A DNA stretch of 64,000 nucleotides from an uncultured archaeon. GTDB taxonomy: Archaea; Thermoproteota; Bathyarchaeia; TCS64. This document shows, piece after piece, positions 48,152 through 58,405 of this stretch. A model generated the notes under the pieces. It was not told where the DNA came from, did not search any database, and saw only the letters and a program-made list of their open reading frames with translations. The stretch lies in NCBI GenBank assembly GCA_938048735.1, contig CALIUM010000007.1, positions 60,786 to 124,785 of the forward strand, read 5' to 3'. The translations under genes were made by a program, and so were the position numbers. Each line of letters starts with the position of its first letter. The stretch's first letter is position 1.

Positions 48152-49477
48152 CTACACCCCAATGGCCGTCTCGGGTATCCCCATAGTGGCGTCGGGGAGG
48201 ACTGCGACCCTGGCCCTCCCTCCATGGTACGTCCTCAGGAGTTCCACCACCTCTCTCCACTCCCTTATCCAGACTGTCTGCTCCGAAAGCCCGAGCCTCA
48301 TGTCGTAGCTCCTCTCCTTATATGGCGAATATATGATCAATCTTTTACCTTTGAGGAGGGGCTTCCTCTCGGGGTTCCAGAGGCGGGCTCCTCTCCTCTT
48401 ACCATGCTGCCCGAAGATCCAGTGGGGGATCTCCCCATCAGGGGCGTTAGCTATGAGAACTATGGAGCCCTCCTCCTTAACCGATTGGTAGGCAGGCCAG
48501 AGGGCGAGCTGGGCCTCATTAGCCCTCATATAGGTGTTGGCGACCACTATGTCCATCTCCCCGGGGGCCTCGGTCCTATGCCACCTCAAGGCATCCCTAG
48601 AGGCCATTCTATGGGCCTCTACAAGGTCCCCTGAGTAGACGCTCATGGGCTCTAGGTCTAGGTTTAGAACCGTGTCGACTTTGAAGTCGAGCCCCGCCAT
48701 CCTAGCAGCCTCCTCCGCGTCTAGGCGCATGATGTTCCCCTCGTTCTTCAGGTAGCCTGTCGATGGATGCGGCGTCAAACCTGGGCCGAATCCCCCCACG
48801 TCGCCATGGTTGTGGGCGATCGTATCGATCCCCGAGACTCCGGGGAGGATTATCTTCCCTCCCCCAGTGAACCCCATGAGCCTGTGGAAGAGCACAGTCC
48901 CTATCCCTATCTTGAGATCGCAGCTCATCACCTCGGCGTTCACGTATACGGGCGTGCCCCTGCTGGTCTCCCCGAGGTACTCCAGATACTCGTATGGGTT
49001 GTGGTTGTAGCACTGATACTCTGCTACTATGTCTTCCCCAAGCTTCTTAGCGAAGTCCAGCCTACCGAAGGTTCCGTGGCTCCCCCCGGCCATTATGAAC
49101 CTTATATTGTCCTTGGGAACCCCGGCCCTGTGGAGGATCTCAAGGATCGGCTTCACGTACTGGGAGCTTCTCGTAGGTCGGGTCATGTCGTCGATGATTA
49201 TCGCCACCTCTGGGCGTCCCTCGACCATTCTGCTTAGGGGCTTGGAGCCGACGGGGTTCTCTATCGCAGCCCTGATCTCCTGTTCCTCCATCGCTCGGTG
49301 CCCTTCGCACCCCACCTTACACCTCCTCACCTCCCAGCCTTCTGGAAACTCGAGCTTTAGGGGAACATTCCCGAACCATGCGAGGCTGGGAACCGAGACC
49401 TCCCTCCCCCTCAAATCGAATACCTCAGGTTCTCCCAATTTTGGATATGGAGCTACTTTAATTTTATGTACCATCAT
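48152..49477 (-). CDS. LarA-family nickel-pincer-dependent 2-hydroxyacid racemase/epimerase
   Basis: DDMTRP, GGSH, GETSRGTPV.VN, FH...GFTGGGKIILPG (Lys), HNH. Confidence 0.88.
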   Translation of the reverse strand: MMVHKIKVAPYPKLGEPEVFDLRGREVSVPSLAWFGNVPLKLEFPEGWEVRRCKVGCEGHRAMEEQEIRAAIENPVGSKPLSRMVEGRPEVAIIIDDMTRPTRSSQYVKPILEILHRAGVPKDNIRFIMAGGSHGTFGRLDFAKKLGEDIVAEYQCYNHNPYEYLEYLGETSRGTPVYVNAEVMSCDLKIGIGTVLFHRLMGFTGGGKIILPGVSGIDTIAHNHGDVGGFGPGLTPHPSTGYLKNEGNIMRLDAEEAARMAGLDFKVDTVLNLDLEPMSVYSGDLVEAHRMASRDALRWHRTEAPGEMDIVVANTYMRANEAQLALWPAYQSVKEEGSIVLIANAPDGEIPHWIFGQHGKRRGARLWNPERKPLLKGKRLIIYSPYKERSYDMRLGLSEQTVWIREWREVVELLRTYHGGRARVAVLPDATMGIPETAIGV

Positions 49478-49587
49478 CTAGATCCATATATACCGTTTTC
49501 CAGGACCGTGAGATCAGAGTTATAAGTTTTTCATCAACAGGCAAAAATCTTTAATCATGTTAAGTTAAACCTACTATATGATGTTGA

Positions 49588-50745
49588 ATGGACTTCGAGC
49601 GTGAGTTGCTGATGATCCCGGGGCCCACGATGGTCTCGCCCCGGGTGCTTAGGGCCCTCTCAAGGCCGGTGCTCAGCCACTGGTCCAACGAGTTCATCCA
49701 GGCTTTCACAGAGGCCTTACAGCTCCAGAGGAAGGTCTTCTGCACGGAGGGGTACCCCTTCCTGATAGCTGGGAGCGGGACTCTGGGGATGGAGGTTGCT
49801 ATGGCGAATATTGTGGAGAAGGGTGACAAGATCCTATGTGCTGAGAATGGCTTCTTCAGCGAGAGGTGGGCTGAGATAGTGGAGGCCCATGGGGGTGTCG
49901 TGGACCACCTCAAGTTTGAGTGGGGTCAGCCAGTGGACCCGAAGAGGCTCAGGGAGAGGCTTGAGGAAGGGGACTATAAGGCCTTCACAGTTGTCCACGT
50001 TGAGACCTCCACGGGTGTGGCGAGCCCCTTGGACAGGATTGGAGAGGCTGTTAGGGGGCTTGACAGCCTCTATGTGGTCGACTCGATAAGCGGTCTCGGA
50101 GGCATGCCTGTGAAGATGGATGAGTGGAACATAGATGTCTGTGTAACAGGAAGCCAGAAGGCCCTAGGCGCCCCACCCGGGTTGACGCTTCTATGCCTCA
50201 ATGATAGGGCTTGGAGGCTTGTGGAGTCCAGGAAGACGGGGGTCTCAGACTACTATGCAGACCTGAGGAGGTGGAAGCCTGTAATGGAGAGGCCCAGCGG
50301 GTACTTCGCCACCCCGGCCACAGGGATGGTCCTGGGGATGCTTGAGGCCATGAGGATAGTCCTCGAGGAGGGTCTAGAGGCGAGGTGGATGAGGCATAAG
50401 GCCTATTCTGAGGCTTTCAGGGCTGGGTTGGAGGCGATAGGGCTTAGGATCTTCCCTGAGAAGGGGTATGAGGCCCACACCCTCTCGGTTCCAGAGGTCC
50501 CCCAGGGGATTAACGACGGGGAGTTGAGAAGGTTGATGAGGCAGAAGCATAACGTCGTCATAGCGGGGGGTCTTGGCAAGCTGGCGGGTAAGATATTGAG
50601 GATAGGCCACATGGGGAGCGCGACGACCAATGATCTCGTGGCCACCATGGGAGCCCTCGAGATGTCCCTGAAGGAGTCGGGCTACAGCCTCAAGCTGGGG
50701 GAGGGAGTAGGAGCCCTAGAGGAGACCCTCCTATCAAAGGGGTAG
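49588..50745 (+). CDS. Class V aminotransferase (serine-pyruvate/alanine-glyoxylate type)
   Basis: LMIPGP, SGT.GME, HVETSTG, VDSIS, GSQKALGAPPG (PLP Lys), RIGHMG. Confidence 0.93.
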   Translation: MDFERELLMIPGPTMVSPRVLRALSRPVLSHWSNEFIQAFTEALQLQRKVFCTEGYPFLIAGSGTLGMEVAMANIVEKGDKILCAENGFFSERWAEIVEAHGGVVDHLKFEWGQPVDPKRLRERLEEGDYKAFTVVHVETSTGVASPLDRIGEAVRGLDSLYVVDSISGLGGMPVKMDEWNIDVCVTGSQKALGAPPGLTLLCLNDRAWRLVESRKTGVSDYYADLRRWKPVMERPSGYFATPATGMVLGMLEAMRIVLEEGLEARWMRHKAYSEAFRAGLEAIGLRIFPEKGYEAHTLSVPEVPQGINDGELRRLMRQKHNVVIAGGLGKLAGKILRIGHMGSATTNDLVATMGALEMSLKESGYSLKLGEGVGALEETLLSKG

Positions 50746-50926
50746 GTGCCGGCCACCCCCTCGAGTGAGCCCGGTTAGGTGGATCCTAGGAGCAGAATAG
50801 CCCAGCAAATTTCCTCAATTACCTTTTTATGAATCCTCAACTCACTATCTATCCATTATTTTAGTGATTTTAATAAGTTTATTTTTAAGGAGTTTATCTA
50901 AAATAGCATCAAACACTTAAATCTAT

Positions 50927-52072
50927 TCAGGGGTAATTGTACTTCCCGTAGCGGCTCTCGATGGTCAACGTGTTCTCTGCTCCCCCATCCTCACAGCGGC
51001 CTATCATCTGGGCCTCCACACCGAATTTCTCGGAGATGCTTATCACATCATCCGCGACTTCGGGATGGACTATCAGCTCGAACCCAACCCCCATGTTGAA
51101 GTCCACATACATCTCCCTCCAGTCTATTCTCCCCTCCCTCTGGATTAGGGTGAATATGGGATCTGGGTCTGGGAGCGAGTCCTTTATGTAGCGGATCCCC
51201 CTCCCCAGCCTGAGGCACTTGGTGAGGCCTCCACCCGTGTTGTGGACCATTCCGTGTATCATGCCCTTGAAGCTTTCCAGCGCCTCCTTGGCAATGGGGG
51301 CGAATAGCCTTGTGGGGGAGAGGAGGGCCTCACCTAGGGTCATCCCAAGCTCGTCTAGGTATTCGCTTACACCGTATCTACCCTTATACCTCCCCTTGGA
51401 GTGCGATATCTCAGGATATCTCTCTTCGTACTCCGAGGCTAGGAGGATGCATCTCGCCAGGGTTAGCCCATTGCACATTATCCCGCTGTTAACCCTCTCC
51501 TCATATCTTGCCCGGCCCCCGCTCCTCAGCCCCACTATGAGGTCTCCATCCTGGATTCCCACTCCTGTTATGGCCTCCTCGAGCCTCACCCGGCCCAGTA
51601 TGAAGCCCGAGACATCAAGGGTTCTAACCTGATCTGGGAGGTCAGCCGTCTCGCCCCCAGCGAAGCCCATGGGAATGCCCAGGCCTGAGAGCCTCTCGAA
51701 GCAGTACTTGAACCCCTCAGAGAGGGCTTGGAGGAGCATGACTCTATCTATCCTCATCGGGTTAAGAGATATGTTGTCGAGGAAGAGGATGGGCCTCGCA
51801 CCCACGCATATTATATCGTCTAGGTTCATTGCGATCACGTCTTGGGCTAACCCCTTGAACCAACTCGGCTCTCCAGTCTCCCTCCAGTATATATAGCTCA
51901 GAATGGGCTTGCTCCCCGCGCCATCCACATGCCCAACGAGGCCCCAGCCGGGGTTATCGGGGTCAACCTGAATAGTACAGAAGGCATCTGGGTATAAGGT
52001 CTCGAGGGAGGATTTGAAGGCCTCCACTCCACTCTTTTTGACATCTACTCCGAGTTCCCCATACCTCGACAT
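50927..52072 (-). CDS. purM: Phosphoribosylformylglycinamidine cyclo-ligase (AIR synthase)
   Basis: Y..LGVD, DGAGSK, AMNLDD..C.GA, GGETA, NGLTLAR, HNTGGG, FNMGVG. Confidence 0.88.
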   Translation of the reverse strand: MSRYGELGVDVKKSGVEAFKSSLETLYPDAFCTIQVDPDNPGWGLVGHVDGAGSKPILSYIYWRETGEPSWFKGLAQDVIAMNLDDIICVGARPILFLDNISLNPMRIDRVMLLQALSEGFKYCFERLSGLGIPMGFAGGETADLPDQVRTLDVSGFILGRVRLEEAITGVGIQDGDLIVGLRSGGRARYEERVNSGIMCNGLTLARCILLASEYEERYPEISHSKGRYKGRYGVSEYLDELGMTLGEALLSPTRLFAPIAKEALESFKGMIHGMVHNTGGGLTKCLRLGRGIRYIKDSLPDPDPIFTLIQREGRIDWREMYVDFNMGVGFELIVHPEVADDVISISEKFGVEAQMIGRCEDGGAENTLTIESRYGKYNYP

Positions 52073-52194
52073 CAGTCCGATGCCCTTAATGAACATGGGG
52101 ATTCGGAGTAAAAAAGCGCGATGATCCACCCTGGTTATCTCAGTCCAATATTACTCGGCAGATTTAAAATCTCGGTCTTCCATGTTTAGTTGGG

Positions 52195-54459
52195 ATGCTG
52201 AGGTTCTGGGTTCTCGATGTTGCCACGGAGATGGAGGATGGGCCCGTTGCATGGATATGGTCCATAGGGGAGGATGGCTCTAGGCTCATAGTTAAGGAAC
52301 CCTTCAGGCCGGTCTTCTACTTAACAGGCGGGGAGCTTGAAAGGATCTGCACATGCTTGGAGGCCTCAAAGGAACTCTCTATCTCCAGCTTCAGCCTGGT
52401 CGAGAGGAGGCTCTCCGGGAGGTCATTGAGGGCTGTGATGGTCTCCGTATTGACCGACGAGCTTGAGGGGCTGGCTGAGAAGGTGAGGAAGAGGTGTGGG
52501 GCTGAGGGGGTCTTCGAGGCCGACATAAGGGCCTCCAGCCAGTTCCTCCTAAGGAGGGGGCTTAGGCCTTCATCTTGGCACGCCGTGGAGGCCTCCGAGT
52601 CCGGGGCTGTGAAGGGCTACAGGGTCTACAGGGCATCAGGTGACTACCAAAGGCTTGAGAGGGTTGAGACACCAAGGCTTAGGGTCTTGGCCTTCGACTC
52701 CTTCTTCCTGGCCGGGAGGGGAACCCCCAAGCCAGAGTTTGACCCTGTCATGGTCATCACGGCCGTAACTGAGAGAGGGGAGGTGAGGCAGTTCTCTGGA
52801 GATGAGAAGGACCTTCTAAGGGGCTTCATAGACCTTGTCGAGGGCTATGACCCAGATGTGATAGTCGGCTTCAACACGAACAGGAGGATCCTCCCGTACC
52901 TTACCGAGAGGTGTAGGAGGCTTGGGTTCAGCCTCTCCATAGGCAGGCTTGGAGCCGAGCCAAGGACAAGTGTATACGGCCACCAATCCCTTCAGGGGAG
53001 GCTGAACATAGACCTCTATGACCTAGCTGAGGAGACCCCTGAGATCAAGCTTGAAACCCTCGAGGAGTACTCCTCATATCTAGGCCTGAAGGTCGAATAC
53101 GACACGATCGATGAATATGACCTAGCGGAGGCCTGGGATAAGGAGAGATCAAGGGTTCTGGAATACTCTACGCAGAGGGCTAGAGGGATAATGGAGGTCT
53201 ATAGGGCGGTCTCCGACTACATATTCTCGCTCTCAGAGATCACGGGCCTCCCGGCGGACCATGTCCTCACGGCTGCAACCGGTTTCAGGGTTGAGAACTA
53301 CCTAATGGGCCTGGCCATGGAGGCAGGTGAACTTGTTCCACCGAGGGGGGAGGCGACCTACATGACCTATGCAGGCGGGGTCGTGATGGAGCCTAGGGCG
53401 GGCCTACACGAGGATGTGGCGGTCATAGACTTCAAGAGCATGTATCCGAACATCATGATGAAGTATAATATCTCCTTCGACACCCTTAGCGTCGAAGGCG
53501 TCCACAGAGCCCCGAACCTACCCCACGCCTTCAAGGAGGAGGCTGGATTCATCCCTAGAGCCCTGAAGAGGCTCTTAGAGGAGAGGGAGAGGGCGAGGGG
53601 GCTCGCGGAGATGCATCCTGAGGGCTCTGTTGAGAGGAGGGTTCTGGAGGCCAGGCAGAGGGCCCTTAAGGTCATAGCCAACGCCACATACGGGTATATG
53701 GGTTGGACCGGTGCTAGGTGGTACTGCAGGGAGGCTGCTGAGGCGACCTCAGCCTGGGGAAGGGAAACGATAAGGTCGGCCATGGAGAGGGCTAAGGAGC
53801 TGGGCCTGGAGATAATCTACGGAGACACGGACAGCCTCTTCGTGAGGGACGACCCTGAGAAGATAAGGGGCCTCCTTGGATGGATAAACGAGGCCCTAGG
53901 CCTAGAGGCCAGGGTGGATAGGAGGTATAGGAAGATCCTCTTCACAGAGGCCAAGAAGAGGTATGGAGGCCTCACGGATGATGGGAAGATAGAGACCGTG
54001 GGCCTCGAGATCGTCAGGGGAGACTGGAGCGCCATAGCCAAGGAGGCCCAGCTCGCAGCCCTAGAGGCCATCCTGAAGGAGGGAAAGGAGGAGGCGGTGA
54101 GGAGGATCAGGGAAACCATAAAGGCCTTGAGGGAGGGAAGGGTTCCCATAAAAAAGCTGATAATATGGAAGAAGCTGACTAAGGGTCTGGAAGAGTACGA
54201 GGTGGCGTCTCCCCATGTAAAGGTGGCCAAGAGGATGATAGAGGCTGGGTGGAGCGTCAAGCCCGGAGACCTTGTGGGCTTCATCATAATGAAGGGGAAG
54301 GGGAGGCTATATGAGAAGGCGATTCCATACTTTGAGGCCGACCCATCAAGGGTTGATGTAGACTACTATATCGAGAAGCAGGTGATACCACCGGTGGCTA
54401 GGCTCCTCTCAGCTATCGGGATACCCGAGAGGACACTTATGGGCTTAATATCAAACTGA
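52195..54459 (+). CDS. polB: Family B DNA polymerase (PolB3-like), exonuclease motifs degenerate
   Basis: DFKSMYP, KVIANATYGY.G, YGDTDS, KKRY, GLEIVRGDW. Confidence 0.95.
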   Translation: MLRFWVLDVATEMEDGPVAWIWSIGEDGSRLIVKEPFRPVFYLTGGELERICTCLEASKELSISSFSLVERRLSGRSLRAVMVSVLTDELEGLAEKVRKRCGAEGVFEADIRASSQFLLRRGLRPSSWHAVEASESGAVKGYRVYRASGDYQRLERVETPRLRVLAFDSFFLAGRGTPKPEFDPVMVITAVTERGEVRQFSGDEKDLLRGFIDLVEGYDPDVIVGFNTNRRILPYLTERCRRLGFSLSIGRLGAEPRTSVYGHQSLQGRLNIDLYDLAEETPEIKLETLEEYSSYLGLKVEYDTIDEYDLAEAWDKERSRVLEYSTQRARGIMEVYRAVSDYIFSLSEITGLPADHVLTAATGFRVENYLMGLAMEAGELVPPRGEATYMTYAGGVVMEPRAGLHEDVAVIDFKSMYPNIMMKYNISFDTLSVEGVHRAPNLPHAFKEEAGFIPRALKRLLEERERARGLAEMHPEGSVERRVLEARQRALKVIANATYGYMGWTGARWYCREAAEATSAWGRETIRSAMERAKELGLEIIYGDTDSLFVRDDPEKIRGLLGWINEALGLEARVDRRYRKILFTEAKKRYGGLTDDGKIETVGLEIVRGDWSAIAKEAQLAALEAILKEGKEEAVRRIRETIKALREGRVPIKKLIIWKKLTKGLEEYEVASPHVKVAKRMIEAGWSVKPGDLVGFIIMKGKGRLYEKAIPYFEADPSRVDVDYYIEKQVIPPVARLLSAIGIPERTLMGLISN

Positions 54460-54588
54460 ACGAGTTTTAATAAAACATTATAGGAGGACCTTAAGGGAGA
54501 AGGAGCTTGAAGCCCTCATTATGCTTCCCAAAATCCTATGAGCTTCGGAAAGCCCCTAACTAAATATATAATGTTCAAGCATTAATCC

Positions 54589-56217
54589 TTGTATCAGGAA
54601 GGGTACGAGAACTCGTTGAATGAGATGGACAGGCAGCTTCTCGATGCCTTGAAGGCCGTCGATCCAAGGGTCTTCGCCGTAGCCCTCATCGACCTAGAGG
54701 AGGGTTATCCTGAGGTCTTAGCGGTCGCTGAGGATTTTAAGGAGGCCTTTCAGAGGCGCACGTTGAACCTCGAAGGGAGGGAGTTCGAGCTCCTTATCAT
54801 AGATAAGGAGCTTTTCGAGTTGGATGTCCTGGGCTCGGCCCTATTAGAGGCTGTGGCATGGAGGCTCCTCCTCCCATACAGGGGGATAGTCGGAGGGGAG
54901 TACCTAGACGAGCTGGTTAGGAGGTACAGGTGCAAGAAGATCAGGGAGAGCCTCCAGGGCCTGGTTTTGGAGTATCCGGTTCTCTCAACGGAGTTATTGA
55001 TAGACCCCAGATACTTTGTCGCCGATATCCTTCAAAGGATCTCTCATGAGGATCTCCCCCCCTCGACACTTCTCCAGAGGCTTGAGGAGGAGGGGCTCAG
55101 CTCCATCACGGGCTATGAGGAGGCCATCCAGGACCTTGAGAGGGATGGTGTGATCTTCAGGGTGGACGGCTACTTCAAGGTCGACCCGGGTTTCGCTGGC
55201 TCTGTGAAGAGGAGGCTAGCCCTCCCCGACCATATCACCAGGGCGCATGGGCTATTGAGGAAGGCTTTGAAACGCGGCCCTAGTTGGGCTAGGGGGCTCC
55301 TCCGCCTCCTAATCCAGAGCCCCATAGAACCTCGTATCTTCACGGCTTTGAAGGGTGTGGAGGGCCAGAGGGCCAGTAGGTATGTCTATTATACCACGGC
55401 TAGGGGTTTAACACCCCTATCAAGGGCACTGGATCTCCCCTCAATGCTATCCACCCTTGAGGGATCTGAGGTGGAGGAGCTGAGGATCCGGAGGTATGGC
55501 AGCTTCCTCAACGAGGTTTACCTGCTCACCTACATGGCGGGCGGTGTGGATCGAAGGGTGATAATGAAGCGTTACACCTCCTGGACGGGTATGAAGTGGG
55601 CTCCGATAGTCCTCTGGACAATCGGGACGAGGAACTTCTCCGTCCTGGGCAGGACGAGGATGGAGAGGGAGTGCGCCATGTCAAGCCTCCTGAGGAGGGA
55701 GGGAATCCCAGCCCCAATGATCCTACAGGCGAGCTTCGAAGACCAGCTGATACTCCGAGAGTATATAGAGGGGGAGAACCTGGCGGAGATCGTGAGGATG
55801 GTGGTCAAAGGGGTAGGGGGGGAGAGAGAGCTTGAACTGATACGCAGAGCTGGCGGTCTTGTCGCGGCGGTCCACGGGATAGGCGCCACCCTAGGGGACT
55901 GCAAGCCCGAGAACATCATCTCAGCGGAGGATGGCCCGACCATAGTAGACCTCGAGCAGGGGGAGAGAAGTAATGAGAGGGCCTGGGACCTCGCAGAGTT
56001 CATATACTTCTCAGGCCACTACGCCGACCCTCTGGACCCGGCTGCGAGAGTGGTCAAGGTCTCCGAATCCTTCATAGATGGATACTTAGAGGGCGGAGGT
56101 GAGGCCAGCTATGTGGCAGAGGCCTCGAGGCTGAGGTATGCGAAGGTCTTCACGCCCATAGTGCTCCCACACATCCTAATAGCAATTTCAAGGGCCTGCC
56201 GATCCAAGGCGGGGTAG
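54589..56217 (+). CDS. Atypical protein-kinase-like protein (RIO/Bud32/Kdo-like C-terminus) with large N-terminal region
   Basis: VIMKRY, E in RMERE, LREYIEG, LGDCKPENII, VDLE, WDLAE. Confidence 0.8.
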   Translation: MYQEGYENSLNEMDRQLLDALKAVDPRVFAVALIDLEEGYPEVLAVAEDFKEAFQRRTLNLEGREFELLIIDKELFELDVLGSALLEAVAWRLLLPYRGIVGGEYLDELVRRYRCKKIRESLQGLVLEYPVLSTELLIDPRYFVADILQRISHEDLPPSTLLQRLEEEGLSSITGYEEAIQDLERDGVIFRVDGYFKVDPGFAGSVKRRLALPDHITRAHGLLRKALKRGPSWARGLLRLLIQSPIEPRIFTALKGVEGQRASRYVYYTTARGLTPLSRALDLPSMLSTLEGSEVEELRIRRYGSFLNEVYLLTYMAGGVDRRVIMKRYTSWTGMKWAPIVLWTIGTRNFSVLGRTRMERECAMSSLLRREGIPAPMILQASFEDQLILREYIEGENLAEIVRMVVKGVGGERELELIRRAGGLVAAVHGIGATLGDCKPENIISAEDGPTIVDLEQGERSNERAWDLAEFIYFSGHYADPLDPAARVVKVSESFIDGYLEGGGEASYVAEASRLRYAKVFTPIVLPHILIAISRACRSKAG

Positions 56218-56289
56218 ACCAATCCAAGCTGAACTGGAAGCTAAGACAGCCTCATATCCCATTCAACTGAAGGGTATGCCCTGTTTCTT

Positions 56290-56613
56290 GATCTCTGATC
56301 TCGATGTTCATATCATGCTCCGGTGGCTGAGCCTCCAAGCCTCTATGACCTTCCCCATCTCCTCCACCAGCTTCACAAGCTCCCTATCAGGAGTTCCTTC
56401 TCCAGTATCTCATGCTCTAGGCCTGCCTCACCTGAGAGAGTGGCGAGCCACCCCTCAACCACCACCATGGGGTTGAATCCGCTGCAGCCAGATCCACAAC
56501 CCCGCTCTGAGGCCGCCTCTGCCACATTCATGCCTATTGACCTCAGGCCCTAGAAGGTTAGGTCCAGCCTGGCCAGTCCATCCCTAGTGGTATAATATCG
56601 CTGGGCTGATCAA
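56290..56613 (-). pseudogene. Probable degraded gene remnant
   Basis: TTG abuts the lrp stop; GC-rich coding-like fragments (GMNVAEAASERG, RELVKLVEEMGKVIEAW) broken by stops and frameshifts; family not recognised. Confidence 0.35.
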
Positions 56614-57129
56614 TTAATGGGTTTTTCTTCCCCCCTCTTTATAAGCTTCTGCGATCTGGATGTTTGGGGTCTCCTTCAATGTGTCGAAGACCATGCATGT
56701 CAGGGTCTTCTCTATCCCCTCTATCATCCTAAGCTTGTCTATCACGAACCTTCCTATGGAGGCGACGTCCCGATCCTTCACCTTTATCAGGATGTCCCAG
56801 TCCCCGGTTATGATGTGGACCTCCTGTACCTCCGGGAACCGGGCAACCTCCCTGGCTATCTGGCGCTGGTCTAGGGGTCTCTCTATCCCCGGGGTCCTGT
56901 AGGTGAAGGATGCTAGGATGAAGGCTGTCGTCCCCCTCCCCAGCTTGGAGGCGTCGAGGAGGGCCGTGTAGCCCTTTATGACCCCCAGCTCCTCAAGCCT
57001 CTTGATCCTCGAGTATACTGTTGTCACGGGGCTCTCCAGCCTCTCCCCGATCTCCTTCACGCTCATCTTCGCATCTCTCTGGAGGAGCCTCAGTATCTCC
57101 AGGTCCTTCTCATTGAGCTCCATGGCCAT
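56614..57129 (-). CDS. Lrp/AsnC family transcriptional regulator
   Basis: KDLEIL..LQ.DA...VTTVYSRIKRLEE.GVIKGY; EVHIITGDWDILIKV. Confidence 0.95.
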   Translation of the reverse strand: MAMELNEKDLEILRLLQRDAKMSVKEIGERLESPVTTVYSRIKRLEELGVIKGYTALLDASKLGRGTTAFILASFTYRTPGIERPLDQRQIAREVARFPEVQEVHIITGDWDILIKVKDRDVASIGRFVIDKLRMIEGIEKTLTCMVFDTLKETPNIQIAEAYKEGGRKTH

Positions 57130-57190
57130 CGAAAAAATTACTAAAATTCTCAGATATTTATGTTTTTATTCGTATTTTTTATGAAGATTT

Positions 57191-58231
57191 ATGGAAAAAA
57201 TTTATATCCAAGGGGGGCGTGGTCAACCTCTTGTGGTACTAGAGGAGAGGGAGATCAGGGAACTAGCGTGCGGGGTGGTGGACCGCTACAGGTATATTAG
57301 AAGGCCTGAGATGAGGCTTATCCTTAGGGTTCAGGATGAGGTCCTCTCGGCCCTGAGGGACTTCCTTAGGGGTGAGGGGTTCCTGGAGATCCTGGCCCCC
57401 ATCATCGGACCCGCCACCGACCCGGGGATCAGGGGGGCAAAGCAGGCCTCCATAGACTACTACGGCCACAGGTTCAAGGTGATGAGCAGCATGATACTAT
57501 ACAAGCAGATGGCCCTGCTCAGCGTTGATAGGGTCTTCGCCCTCTCCCCGAATATACGCCTCGAGCCCGAGGAGTCGGTGAGGACTGGGAGGCACCTAGC
57601 GGAGTTCCGCCAGGTGGATGTGGAGATGGCCCATGCGACCTATCATGACGCCATGAATCTCTGCGAGAGGATGGTCGTCTATGTCTTGGAGAGGGTCTCC
57701 AGGGCCTGCTCCTGGGAGCTGGAGGCCCTGGGAAGGAAGCTTAGGGTTCCAAGTACCCCCTTCGAGAGGATCAGCTATGGGGAGGTCTTGGAGATCTTAC
57801 GGTCAGAGGGTTTCGGTGTAGAGTATGGGGGGGAGATACCCTGGGATGCGGAGGAGGCTATCTCAAGCATGTTCGACTCCCCCTTCTGGATATATGATTA
57901 TCCCATGACGGCCAGGGGGTTCTACGACAGGGAGGACCCTGAGAGGCCTGGGATCCTGAGGGACTTCGACCTCATATACCCAGAGGGGTTTGGGGAGGGG
58001 GTCTCTGGAGGGGAGAGGGAGTATCAGGCCGACAGGGTCCTGGAGAGGATGAAGATGAGGGGCGAAGACCCGAGGGATTATGGATGGTATATAGAGATGC
58101 TTAGGGAGGGGGTTCCCCCATCGGCTGGCTTCGGGATAGGGGTTGAGAGACTGACACGCTACATGTGCGGCCTGAGATGCATCTGGGACGCAGTCCCATT
58201 CCCGAAGGTTCCAGGGATCCCCTCCCCATAA
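57191..58231 (+). CDS. asnA: Archaeal asparagine synthetase A (AspRS/AsnRS catalytic-domain paralog lacking anticodon domain)
   Basis: TDPGIRGA, SSMILYKQ, SPNIRLE, RHLAEF.Q.D.E, EG.SGGERE, SAGFGIGVERL; no OB-fold; start may be GTG about 57233. Confidence 0.88.
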   Translation: MEKIYIQGGRGQPLVVLEEREIRELACGVVDRYRYIRRPEMRLILRVQDEVLSALRDFLRGEGFLEILAPIIGPATDPGIRGAKQASIDYYGHRFKVMSSMILYKQMALLSVDRVFALSPNIRLEPEESVRTGRHLAEFRQVDVEMAHATYHDAMNLCERMVVYVLERVSRACSWELEALGRKLRVPSTPFERISYGEVLEILRSEGFGVEYGGEIPWDAEEAISSMFDSPFWIYDYPMTARGFYDREDPERPGILRDFDLIYPEGFGEGVSGGEREYQADRVLERMKMRGEDPRDYGWYIEMLREGVPPSAGFGIGVERLTRYMCGLRCIWDAVPFPKVPGIPSP

Positions 58232-58405
58232 AACCTCTGAGAGGCTCATTGACCTAAGATGATGGTCCCCTCCCCATCGGATTTAACATAAAGAGCCCAA
58301 CAACCCAGGCCACTTAATACGACTGGGCGGATGGAGATATCCTCCAGTTTTCTATATGATTCTATCTGAATAGAGGTTGAAGATATCTTGTAATTCTTTT
58401 GGCTC

